Assembly: GCA_028534125.1 (NCBI GenBank)
Contig: CM052817.1
Span: forward strand, 45,944,001-46,008,000
Length of the DNA stretch: 64,000 bases
Direction of reading: 5' to 3'
From: Lama glama
Taxonomy: Eukaryota
Each line of letters starts with the position of its first letter. Within the stretch, counting starts at the first letter, position 1. Both the position numbers and the translations under genes were made by a program. A model generated the notes under the pieces. The model was not told the origin of the DNA. It worked only from the letters and a program-made list of their open reading frames with translations, and searched no databases. Shown here one piece after another: positions 25,352 through 37,275 of the stretch.

Positions 25352-26240
25352 TTTTTTTAAAAAAATTGAAGTATAGCTGATGTACAATATTAGTTACAGG
25401 TGTACAATATAGTGATCCATAATTTTAAAGATTACATTCCATTTATAGTTATTATAAAATATTGGCTATATTCCCTGTGTTGTACAGTATATCCTTGTAG
25501 CTTATTTCATACATAATAGTTTGTACTTCTCAATCCCTTACCCCTATGTGGCCCCTCCTCCACACTAGTAATCACTAATTTGTTCTCTGTATCAGTGAGT
25601 CTGTTTCTTTTTTGTTATATTCAGTGGTTTGTTGTATTTCTTATAGTCCACATATAAGTGATATCATACAGTATTTGTCTTTCTCTGTCTGACTCATTTC
25701 ACTTAGCATAATACCCTCCAAGTTCATCCATGTTGTTGTAAATGGCAGAATTTCATTCTTTTTTATGGCTGAGTAGTATTCCATCGTATACATACACCAC
25801 ATTTTCCTTATCCGTTCATTGTGTTGGTGGACATTTAGGTTGCTTCCATATGTTGGCAAATGTAGATAATGTTAATATGAACATTAAGGTGCATGGAATT
25901 GCTGGATCATATGGTAGTTCTGTTTTTAATTCTTTCAAGGCATCACCATACTGTTTTCCACAGCAGCTGCACTAATTTGTATTCCTACTGACAGTGTATG
26001 AGGATTTCCCTTACTTCATATCCTTGCCAACATTTTTTATTTGTGTTCTTTTTGATGATAGCCACTCTGACAGGTATGAGGTTTTGATTTACATTTCCCT
26101 GATGATTAGCAATGTTGAGCATCTTTTCATGGACCTGTTGGCCATCTGCATCTCCTCTTTGGAAAAATGTCTATTCATGCATTCTGCCCATTTTTTGATA
26201 AGCTTGTCTGTTTTTTTGATGTTGAGTTGTATAATCTCTT
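25352..26240 (-). mobile_element. 5'-truncated L1 (3' UTR plus ORF2 C-terminus)
   Basis: Minus ORF 25641-25859 ([46 protein letters not shown]); poly(T) start. Confidence 0.95.
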
Positions 26241-27344
26241 TCTAGAGGTCTTTTAGAATTATAAACTTGAGAAATATATTTGTAATAGAAGAATTTCTGG
26301 CAGAAGAAAGATACTGGAGGGTAAGACATCCTTTTTACTAGGGAAGGGGGCAGCAGGACCAAAGGGGCCTCCTCCGCCTCTCTAACAAGTCTTTAACGTA
26401 TGACTGCTTGTTCTGCTTCTGCTCACGTCACGTGGCAAATTCACATTCTCCTACCATTGCCTTGTTCTTTATCTTGATAAGGCAAAATAATTTTTATTTC
26501 CTAAAAGAGAAATCTTTTCCTAGGTGCTGTAGCTTACTTGAATGTCCTATCTTTTATTCTATGATTCCAGCATTCAAAACTTGTTTCTCATCTTGAAATG
26601 AAGGAAATTGTTTAGTCTTAAAGATTAGGCTTGATGGAGCTTGCAGAGTGTACGCATGGAAAGAGGAAAGAACAAGCAACCAGAACATGACAGATTCCCA
26701 TAAGCCTCTCTGAGAAATGCAGGAGTCATATGCCCAGTTGCAAAATCAACACTATCTTTAAGTATGCAGAAGGATGATAACACGAAGTATGAGCCTGCCC
26801 CAAAACCACAAGCCCTGGAACAGGTTCAAAACAAACACAGACAGGAAACCACCCGCCCAGGCTTGGAGAGGTTAGGTGCTCCTGAGCAAGTCAGCTCTCC
26901 TGGGTGAGCCTGACTAGTGACTCTGACCTTAGGACTGGGAAAAAGAGTTAAGTGTATCCAAAAACACTTTAGAAAAAAAGTGGTGACATAAAAGATATTA
27001 TAACTTAGAAGTTTAAAATAATTCTAATATTTTACTATTTTTCAAGGGACCCAAATTCCTTAATGGATTTAGTTATTTACTTAGCTATATTGCCAGAAAC
27101 AAATTCTGGTAAAACATTTTTTAATACAGGTTATAGGTTACAATTAAGATCTGTCTTTTATTTAAACATGGGAAAGTTTTAGTTAAATTGTTACTATTGT
27201 CCTCGAATACTCACACTTTAATTCAATTTTATGATTTATCATTGGATGATGTAGATTGATTTTCACACTACTTCACCACCACCACCCCTGCTGCTACTAC
27301 TTGGACAACTGCTACCACTGTTATTACTGCTTCATCTAGATAAC

Positions 27345-27530
27345 ATGAATTAGACATTTAACAGATGCCAGGCACTGTTCTAAGCATGTGATATACTTTA
27401 ACTGCAGTTTATCCAATAACAATCCTACGAGTTCGTATTATTATCATCTCCAATTTTTAGAAGAGGAAATGGAACCACAGAGAGATTAAGCAATTTTGTT
27501 TGTAAGGGGCTGAGTTGGAATTACTGCAAT
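27345..27530 (-). mobile_element. MIR SINE
   Basis: 'tgccaggcactgttctaagc...attattatcatctccaatttttagaagaggaaatggaaccacagagagattaagcaa'. Confidence 0.8.
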
Positions 27531-27619
27531 AACGTAGACTTCCAGTGGAGTAAAATTAATTTTTCGGAGAGAAATTTTTCTTCTGAAAACCTTGTTGGAT
27601 CTCGGAAGTAGTCATACAA

Positions 27620-27720
27620 CATTTATTTACTTACTCAACTATGTATAAGGTATCTATCATATGACAGGCACTCTGCTGGGGACTGAAGCTATCAACACAT
27701 CATAGATATCTGTCCTCATT
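27620..27720 (-). mobile_element. L2 3' tail
   Basis: 'atttatttacttactcaac...tatgacaggcactctgctggggactg'. Confidence 0.55.
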
Positions 27721-28479
27721 CAAAGATGTACAAGGATGAATACTCTGGGTCTATTTGCACATTCTTAAAACAGCTGTTACTCTGTGATGACTCTTGGAGA
27801 AAGGGTTGAGCAGCAGTTTCCTCCTAACCATTTCAGCTGTTCTACTGACAATACCACCTGAGTTGCTTTGTTTGTATTTTGCTTGTTCTTACATTTGCAG
27901 GAAAGCAGAATATCTCTGTAGAAAGATTCCCCTGCCTCATTTTTTTGTTAACAGAGCCATTTTGGCCAGATGTTTCTTCATGCCAATCAGTACCTGTCTA
28001 ATTGGACCTGGATGACAGTTTGACACCAAAGAATAGTCCCTGTAAGAATGTGTTTATAGATCCAGAGCTTCCTTGTACACAGCCCCTCAGTTCAGCCCAG
28101 AAGAAGGCACAGCAATTGATTAACAGGTTAACTTTCTAATCAGGAATATTCCATGCCTCCCTTCTAAACTGAAGAAGTCCCAGGTAAGCTAACAGAAAAC
28201 TCTGTGTTGAATCTCTACACCAGCTCTCTTTGTCTTTGGTACTATGCAGAATGCCAGCTTCTCTTCCTCGGCCCATTGTTCTTGGAAATTGAGGGTTAAG
28301 TTTTAAACTCTAAATCACTGAGTGCATATCTCATAACATAATATAAAACGCCCTTACACATTGTCTTGGTTTTGGTTCTTCCAGATGAAAATTTGAAGGA
28401 TTTGAAGCTCGTTTGAGAAGTTTATCACTTTCCTATTGGCAGAATAATTCTGAGGAAAAAGCAGCTACTGCTGTATCTT

Positions 28480-29363
28480 GGGATATAGCAATAAGCAGAT
28501 ACTTAGCTGAAGGATCTGCAGCACTGAGATGATTTGAGTCGGGCTCAGCTGGTCTTGGCTGGACTTGCTCACCTGTCTGGGGTTAACTGGCTGCCAGTTG
28601 ATCTGCTCAGATGGGAAGACTGAGGTGACTTTGCCCTGGTCCATGAGTCTGTCATCTTATTCCTGGGACCAGGGACAGGGTGTGCCCTTCTCATGAAGAT
28701 GGCAGAGGGCAAGAGCAAACAGGAAAACATGGGTATGTTTTAGAGCCTCTGCTTTGGTCATGTTTGCTAATCACCACGGCAAAGTCACAAAGCAGGTCCA
28801 GGAAGCAGATGTCGAGACTGCTGAGATGAGATTAAACATGTTAGGATCTTGTTATGGAAAAACAGCTGTGAAAGAGAATTGGGTGAAGCGCCTGGAAACA
28901 TTGGGCTAGCCATGGACCACAATGCAGGTCTGACGCTGCTGAATGAGAGAGGGAAGAAAGTGGGTGGAAGTGTCCGAGACTGTCCTGCATTCTAAAAATG
29001 CTTTGGCAAGGCCACTGGGGAGTCCTCAAGCCAGAGATGGCCATCAGACACAGGAATCCTGTGTCTCCTGAGAACAGTCAGTCATTGATTAGGAGCAATG
29101 CCAAGGAGGCATTTCCTCAGTATGGATGTAGCAATGAGTTTTAAGAGCAGAGAAGCTGGGGGCTCGGGCCCGTGGTCAATTTTACTTCATGTGGTTGGAA
29201 GCCTGTGAAGTATATTCTCATGACTGCCATATAAGTCCAGCCTAGATTCAGAAGGTGGGAAAATACATTCTGCCTCTTTAATGAGAGAAATGGCAAAGTA
29301 ACATAGCAGAGTATAGGTCCAGGGTAGGATAAAGATTTGGGACCATTAATAAAACCTACCATA
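28480..29363 (-). mobile_element. MLT1 (MaLR) LTR, split into about 28480-28795 and 29232-29363
   Basis: 'gggctcagctgg...ctcatgaagatggcagag...aagtcacaaag' resumes as 'ccagcctagattcagaaggtgggaaaatac...ctaccata'. Confidence 0.7.
28796..29231 (-). mobile_element. LTR16C-like ERVL solo LTR
   Basis: 'tgcaggtctgac...gagagagggaagaaag...ggccactggggagtcctcaagcc...cagtcattgatt...catgactgccata'. Confidence 0.65.
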
Positions 29364-29599
29364 GGAGGTGAAGGAAGTGCCAGCAGAGGAGTGAGGGGAG
29401 AGAGACAAGGAAAGGAAGCAACCAATGAAGATGCACAACCACTGTGGAAGACCAGGCTTATGCCATTGACAAAATTCTAGAAGCCAGTGTAAAACACCCA
29501 TTGTAGAGCTATTCCAGCCAAAGGGAGAGACGGATGATAAGTACTTATAGCTCAGTTTGGATGGAATGTAGATTGGGATACAGGAATCATGGAAGATCA

Positions 29600-30215
29600 A
29601 TGTCTAGCAAATATGGAGCTAGATAATAGAGGGTCTTAATGGCTGGGCTAAGAAGTTTGACATTTATTGATAGGCAGTAGTGGGAGGCATGTGAACATTT
29701 TTAAACATAATTAGGTTTTTATATAATCTGGAGGTCAAACTAGCAGTGGAGTAAGGATGGGTTGGATCATGGAGACACAGGAGAAAAGGGAACCAGTTAT
29801 GAGCAAATTATAAAACTCCAGGTAAGAATTTCAAGAATTTAAGTTAGAGTAGCATCAATGGAAATAGATAAAGGCGGATTAAATAAACATCTTGGTATCG
29901 AAGAGGGAGATTTGGTGAATACTGATTCATCGTGGGTAGCAAGGACTAGAAAAGTTGAAGATGATTGGAAGGGTGTCAGTCTGGGTGACTGAAGGAATGA
30001 TGGGGCTCAGGATAGAAATGGTAATAAAATAATGAAAATTTATTCTTGGTGGAGGAGGACTAGTGATGTTAGATGCTTGGCTTGGTTTCACTCTTGTTAG
30101 GTTGATGTACTAACAGAACTGCCAGTAAGAGATTTTTTGTAGGCAGCTGAGCAATCTGATTCTCAACTCAGATGAGAATCAGAGCCAAAGATGTAGAATT
30201 AGGAATCATTCCAAT
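29600..30215 (-). mobile_element. L2 LINE fragment
   Basis: 'ggctaagaagtttgacattta...agatgtagaattaggaatcat'. Confidence 0.65.
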
Positions 30216-31134
30216 GGCACCGTTGTCTGCAGGCAGGCATGAAGCAGGAAAGAAGTGATATGGAAATGCCCTCACAGGCTTGCGGGTCATAACACTTCCT
30301 ACATCTGACTCATCAAAGAAGAGATGACTTCCCTTCTTCTCAGGACCAGCTCAGCACTTTCCCCCATCTGAAGCTGGCCCATGTACAGGGAGCAATCCAC
30401 ACACAGCAGAGGACCGAGATAGAATGGATGAACTTACAAGATTGGTCCTCTCTTCCATATAAGTCTCTATTAACTCCTGACCCTGATTGTTCTGCAGTTT
30501 TTATTCAGACATGCCTGTGCTTTTGTCTGTCTTCCCCCTTTTTTTTTTCTGGCTTACTTGCCAGAATTTGTCAACCCTGTTATGTATTTGTCTTTGAAAA
30601 ATAATACAGACGCGAATGCTGGTTTTCCAATTAGTGTCAGAAGTGGAGGAAAAAAACACATAAGGTTTGCAAATAAGACTAAGATAAATTCTTCAACGTA
30701 AGTGGTATTTGTACCTAAACCCTGTTTGAGACCATAAACCGAATGCAAATGCCAATGGAAATTCCCAAGTTTCCACCAGACAGGTTTAAATAGGACCGGG
30801 ACGACACTGGGTCTTCTGATAGCTGATTCACAGCAGATGTTATAATCATTTGCAGTGTAGGAGGTAGTTCACGTCAAGGTCCCTAACAAAACTTGTTTGA
30901 TGATCCACATCTTTCCTGCATGCCTGGGAGACCATCTCCTGCCCACATGCACAGCTATGTATCACGCCACTTAAAGGAAATCTTTATTAAGTTCACAAAC
31001 ATGGCCAGACTAGACTCCACTCTAGGATTCTCCCACCATGGTTACAGGTTCTTTTCCACTGAATGATGTTCTGTCACTTACTCATGTTTGTGCTGTGTGT
31101 CAGCTTCCTTCCCAAACAATTATGTGCTTGTTAA

Positions 31135-31350
31135 TAATTATAATAGTAACTACTATATTAAGTATATTTTATTTTCAAGCTTTATGTTTAGCATTCTACC
31201 TATATTACTTCATTTCCATCTTTACAGTAACTCTGAGGTAGGTATCATTATCTCCAATTTCCAGTGGAGAAACATACTCATTGACATTAGCCACTTGCCA
31301 AAAGCCATATGAACCCAAGGTGGCAAAGTTGGGATTAGAACCCACAACTT
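31135..31350 (-). mobile_element. MIR SINE
   Basis: 'aactctgaggtaggtatcattatctccaatttccagtggagaaac...tggcaaagttgggattagaaccca'. Confidence 0.75.
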
Positions 31351-31568
31351 CCCATATATTTAAATAAGAGACTGTGTAAACACGTACATATAATCACTGT
31401 GGAATCACTTCTATTACATTTCCTAGATTGTTGAGACTATAAATTGACTTGCTATTTTGTTCTTACATGACCTCTCTAACTTGCTGACTCCTTGGTTTAT
31501 TTGCTAAAAATGCTGGTGGTGGTGATAGCTGTCCTGCATAATTAAGTCATGAAATTCTGATTACTTAC

Positions 31569-31642
31569 CTTATTGTCTCAGGTTTTTTTGCTTGTTTGTT
31601 TTATGGCTCCTCACGTACAATGATAATCATTACTCGAGATAC
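31569..31642 (-). other. Candidate non-coding exon (74 nt)
   Basis: Minus strand: ctttgttactttgctgtttcacag|GTATC...ATAAG|gtaagt (consensus donor); stops in all frames. Confidence 0.35.
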
Positions 31643-32504
31643 CTGTGAAACAGCAAAGTAACAAAGATAAGAATAGTGCTGCGTCATAGGCACAGAAACT
31701 TCTGCCTCTGACGTTGTGTTATTTCTGTTCAAGTAAGATAGAAAGCTCTGCAATTGACCTGCCTTTTTGTCCTCACTGAACTTCACTGAATAAATGGACA
31801 TCAACTTAGAAGTGTTAACAGCTTTGAATGGACCAGGTCATGTGAACAAAAGGCCAGACAGATGTCGTCTACTCAAGATGGGCAGGGTCTGCACAGGGCA
31901 CCATTTTCCTAGTCACAGTACTATTCAGCCTGACCTTCAGCTGTGTTGATTTAGAAACCAGAGCACATAAACACGATAGAAATGGAGCTGGTTCTTGGAA
32001 GAGGTGTAGTTAACCTTAGAAAATAAGTCATAAAATCAAGATGCAAATGTACTACTATATTTCCTAGATCCTAAATTGCAAATTTTTTAACACTTCTATG
32101 TTTTCAAAAAGGAAGGGGTTTTGTGATGGAGAAAACTCTTCTAATTGTTTTTATTAACATTCTTTTAAAATAAGTGGCATATGCTATAATTAGCATATTA
32201 GCACTGAGCAAATAAGGCAATTAAAGTGTGAAATACGAGTCCTAGGAAAACTAAGATCCTCTGGCCAGTGCATCTTCTCCCCAGATGCAAGTGTATGGGA
32301 AGCAAAGTTGTGATCAGATGGTTGCCTGGGAACATGGAATCCAGAGAGAGTCCTTTGATATAAATGTTGAGAAAAATCAGACTAAGCTAATTCCATGCAT
32401 CCATCTCTATGATCGGACTGTAAGTGCCACTAGTTCCTTAGAGAGCACTTGGTGGCCATGGTAGATGTGGTGGGTTGGCTTTGAACATCCATCCTTATCT
32501 CCTT

Positions 32505-32800
32505 GTAGCAGGTGTTCCTGCACTGCAGAGGTTAGAAAGGTAAAACTTACCATTCCTATTCTCCTGTGCAACTAGGGTTCTGCGGGTGAAATAGGTTCTC
32601 CAGTGAGACATCCGTACAATATTTGAGAGAGATGGGAGACTGAGCTCATTTTTATTTTCTGATGCTTTTAGCTGTTTCCTGCTAATAAACAACAACGTTC
32701 CAGCATCCAGTCTCTTGCTCGGAAAGCCAGTTGCCATGGTGGCAGCTTTTTGACTCTGAATAACTATCATGGTATATTCTTGAATAAAAGAGTTTCGGCA
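32505..32800. mobile_element. LTR33-like ERVL LTR fragment
   Basis: 'ctgcagaggttagaaaggtaaaactt...tgcaactagggttctgcgggtgaaataggttct'. Confidence 0.5.
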
Positions 32801-33156
32801 ATTTCTCAATTTCTTTTCCTCTTGACTGAGGCTGACTCAGTTTGGTAGTACTCTTGGGTGAGAAGTTTCCATGGTTGAAAAGAAGGCTCCATGACTGTAA
32901 TTTCAGTTTCCTGCGCTGAACTCTGCTGGTACACTGACTTCCCTGTGATAGTCACATACTCTCCTTTGTTATGTTAATACATCTAGCGGTGAAACAGTCG
33001 GTTCTGACAACCTGGAAGCCATAGTCTCTTTGGAGTAATTGTGTACTTCTCTTCTCTATCCTGTGATATATTGATTTTATATTTTGGCTCTTGGAGAACA
33101 ATGTTTTTTCCAAGTTTTTGGGAGCAGCTTATTTTTGCCTTCTTTACCATCTACAG

Positions 33157-33218
33157 GAAGAAATGAAAAATGTACTGGGAAGATGTTTCAACACATGTTA
33201 CAGATGTAGCACCCACAA
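33157..33218 (+). other. Candidate exon (62 nt)
   Basis: tttttgccttctttaccatctacag|GAAGAA...CACAA|gtaagt. Confidence 0.3.
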
Positions 33219-35454
33219 GTAAGTAATGGAGAACATCACCAAGTGAGAAGGTTCAGCACAATGATGCTGATGCAAGCATTTTATAATTGTTAAGATTTCT
33301 ACTCCTTCTCACTCTACGAGTTAAAGTGCATTAGACCAGAGGCATCTCTTACTTTAAGCATTTTTTCTTCTCCTGTGAAACAATTACCTTCTTTCTCTTT
33401 GGCAGAACAGCCTCAGGATGTCAGCTTTATAGACTAGCTTAACAATTTTATGCAAGTCACAGCTATATGAGCCACGACCATGGGGAATGATACCTGGTCG
33501 TTTTATTCATATGGTTAAGGAAAATTACAATTCAGAGGAGTTAATATTTTGCATAGACCTCCTCATCTTTCAAACATAAGAAAATATCAGAAATGATGTT
33601 TCTGAATGAGAACTGTAAAAATCGATGCCCTCTCTTTCCTCCAAAACCATCCGATTGACCCAAGGTAAAACCATCTTTGTGACTTAATTTAGGATTTAAC
33701 ATGTCATCTAATGTTTATCAAGAAGTAATAATATACTGATCAACTGATCATTTACCTCTTCTCAAGAATCGACAATTATTCTATCTCTTAAAACTAGCTA
33801 AGGTATATTGTACCAATGATGCAACAATCCCACTGCTTTTTATCTCCTATTGCAGCATCTTGTTTTTTTCTGCTCATTAAATTTAATTACGTTAAAATTG
33901 AGAAACCAAGGCTACAACCTTTCTTCTCACGGGCAAGTAACTCTAGCTTGCAGGGACAAATCAGGCTTCGTCTACTCAGAAATATTTTTTTCTAAAGGTA
34001 GATGCTCAGAAAGGAGAGATGGTGGGAAACACTGGCCACCAGGCATTCAGGTTTTCTTTTCTTTTTATTTTTTTTAATGGTTGAAAAAGAACCAAGGCCT
34101 TTTAGAGGTCAGAGAAGTGTGGGCTTAGTGATGTCATCTTGACAGGATGTGTCTGTCCCCAGGTCCCTTTAATGACTCATTATAAATTCATGTGCCATCA
34201 GTATATCTAAACTCCACTTTGTTCCTACATTGTGCAATATCTTGGGATGTTGATTACTATGCAAACTTTGTGGTTATTGAGGTTCTAAAGTTCTCTACTT
34301 AAATTCCCAAATATTCTAGAATTCACTGAACCACACTGTGTCCATTCTTTAAGAAGAAGGGACAGTTGAAAAACATTAACAGGAATATGGATTAAAGAAA
34401 GCACAGGAGAGATTAAATAATGGAAAGCAAAAAGAAAGGGCTTCTCTACTTCCTTCGTCTCTTCTTTGTCTTCTGTTAATTTTCTCCTTTTGCTTAACTA
34501 TGTTTAGTTTATACCATCAGGTTTTCTTCCTTCTTTCTGCGATATTCCCTATACTACTTTTGAAGCCAGAGAATATGGACCCCGTAACAGCGTCATTGAA
34601 GCCATGTGCCATGATGAAGAGCAGAAAAGTGGGAGCTGTGTTTCTTCTTCAAGTCTGGGCTTTTAGTATATGCAGGATGCTCAGAAATCACCACCGTCAC
34701 CGCCATTACCATCACTGACACAGCTTCTATTTGTAAAGTCTGTTGTTTTCAGGAAGCTTTCACTGTAATTTCCACCTCAGTAGCATCCATCCATTTGCCT
34801 TTATTCTTTACACTGAAGGAGTCCACTCTTTTCACAATGAAAATTTTCCAGTATTTGAAAAACTTATCACATCTTCCATAGCACTTGCCCCTCCGCTGAG
34901 AATTTCATTTGGCATGCATTCAAATTCCTCATTACCCAAGGCACTTTTCTAGTTTGTCAAACTCCTTCAAATATATCGTGGAGAACTGCAAAAACTCTTT
35001 CTCACTCTTACCTTTTCTGATACAGAAAGGGTACTTAAAAACATTGCAAGTTAATATTCTGTGTCTTTTTACACTTTTGGCATATACTGAACTTGAAGTC
35101 AACTAAAATCTCCACATATTTTTTGTAAACGTGGTTTCTTCCATGTCTTTTTGTAAAACTTTGTTTTAATTTTAATGTGGAATTTATTTATTTTTCCTTT
35201 AACTTTCAACTGTTTGCTTCAGCCCCAATTCCTGGTTATTAGAAACAGTGTTCAATCCTGAGTTTGTCAATTTATTTAGCTACACTGTGAATGTTGATAG
35301 TATTCCAAAGATGTTGATGAGAACATTGTGCTCTATAATGGGGTCCACTGGCAGCTGCTCAATACAATTAAGCTGAATATTAACAGATTAGAGGCCATGC
35401 CAGAGGATTATACCCATTAAAGAGCATCTTTTTCTTGCAATTTCTCAAAAAACT

Positions 35455-35775
35455 ACATTTTTTCTGATTAAAATAGATGCCTAGTCATTATACACAATAT
35501 ATACAAACAAAAAAAAAAGTGAAGATCACCAGTAATTCATCTGTCCTGACATAACCAATGCTGACACCTTGGGACACGTCTTCTAGACACTTTCCATGCA
35601 TATCTATCTTTTAAATGAAATTATAGAACACACTGTTTTTGTCACCTACTTTCTTTATTTAATCATCCTCTCCACTCATTACATATTTCCCTGCAGCAGC
35701 ATCTTTAGTTGCTCCGTAGGTATTCCAGTGTGAATATATGATTATTTTATTTAATCATCATCTTGTTGTTATTGG
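35455..35775 (-). mobile_element. Old L1 3' end (L1ME4/L1MC4-like)
   Basis: 'ttttttctgattaaaa...gaagatcaccagtaattc...cttctagacactttccatgcata'. Confidence 0.55.
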
Positions 35776-36239
35776 AAAGAATTACATTCAATCTATCATA
35801 TCTCCACCTACTTTTCCCCATTGTACATTTGCTCTCTGGCTAGACGAAAGGGCTCTTATGCTTTCAAGTGGCTCTGATAAGAAAGGCAATATGATGTCAT
35901 CCCAGGAAACTTTGCAGTGGTGCTGGGTTGGCCCTAGCTGCACGTTTGTCTTGAGTAATTTTTTTCTGCTTCATTGCTACTTTTCACACACTCAGGTTGG
36001 GGAAGTCTGGTAAGAAGAAAGAAGTAGAAGAAATTCAAGTAGCTCTGGCAGACAGGAGAAGAGACATATTATGGGCACGCTCTCCCTTCATTAAAAAATG
36101 TGAAGTGTTAATTAATCATGTTATCTTATCTTCCAAGGAAAATGTATATTGTTTTGAGTTTCTTAAGGTTATTGCATTTTGGGGTTTGCAGTGGAAACAT
36201 TGATGACAGAGTCTTGTTTCTTTAGTTCCCTTTTTCTGT

Positions 36240-37275
36240 GAAAGAGCATCCAGTTCTATATCCGAAAACTCAAAATGCATCCTTGAATGTTCCTTCTCTT
36301 TACTCTCCCAATTGGTTATCTCCCAATAACCAATCCACCACCAAGTCCTGTTTTGCTGTAGTTTCTAAATTTCTTTCACATCTGTCTACTTCTCTCCCTC
36401 CCCACAGACACCATCTTGTTCAAACCAGTAATAATGCACTTTCCTCATGTGGAGTTTAATCGTTTCCCACCCAGCCTCTACCACTCCCATCTTGTCCCCA
36501 TCTTGCGGCCAGAATGGTGTCTTCAAAGCACAAGTCTCATCATGTTTTACCTTCCTTAGAACATTTCAGTGATGGCCCAGTGCTGTGAAGATAACACATC
36601 CCACAAAGCTCAAGTAGTCCAAGACCTGAGAGAGAGTGTAGCTAAGAGCATGGAGCCTGGAGCCCAGTTCCTGCCTCTAACACTCCCTAGCTGGGCTGTC
36701 TTCAGAAGTTACTTAATTTCTCTTTGCCTCAGTTTCCTCATCTCTAAGACGAGGCTAATAATTGGTCCCTCCCTCATAGGGTTTTTAGGAAAATGTTTAA
36801 AGTTAATATTTGTAAACACTTATAAAACCTCCTAGAAGCATTGTAATTGCTATGTAATTTCTTGAGTAAATCCTTTCTACTCTATTGCCACTTCTAGCAT
36901 ATTTAAGGTGGGGAACTCTGACTGCGGAAATGTTAGCCATTATTATTTTTTCAGCTTCCTCTGCCACTGACACCTGCCCTTCCATCCATCTTGCTAGGTT
37001 CCCACCACCATGGGTTTCCCTCACTCCCTGTCGCCTCCCCTCCTAGCATGCTTCCTTTCCTCCCTACCTACCTAGAGACCCCTGACCCTGACTTGAGCAT
37101 CAGCACTCAGATCTCTGAGCCTAGGACCTTTCCCTCTTGGGGATTATTTGACTTCTCTTGTGATTATTTGACTGATGTTTGCCTCCTCTGACAGCAGAGA
37201 AAGCAGTCTGTCTTACTGCAGTCCCTGTGTCTAGCCCAGTGTTTGACACTGAGGAGGGCTAGGTAAGTATTTGTG
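36240..37275 (+). mobile_element. L2 LINE 3' region interrupted by a MIR
   Basis: 'ccaatccaccaccaagtcctg', 'ggccagaatggtgtcttcaaagcacaagtctcatcatg', tail 'gggctaggtaagtatttg'. Confidence 0.7.
36630..36870 (+). mobile_element. MIR SINE
   Basis: 'gctaagagcatggagcctggagcc...agttacttaatttctctttgcctcagtttcctcatctctaa'. Confidence 0.85.

Larger units (their letters stand above)
28362..29560 (-). mobile_element. LTR16A-like ERVL LTR, split into about 28362-28425 and 29364-29560
   Basis: 'tgtcttggttttggttcttccag...aagtttat' resumes as 'ggaggtgaaggaag...gagacaaggaaaggaagcaaccaatgaag...accactgtgg'; recalled consensus. Confidence 0.55.

Noticed and set aside
34685..34718. His-rich ORF end (HHRHRHYHH)
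   Set aside because: Degenerate (CAY)n low-complexity tract.
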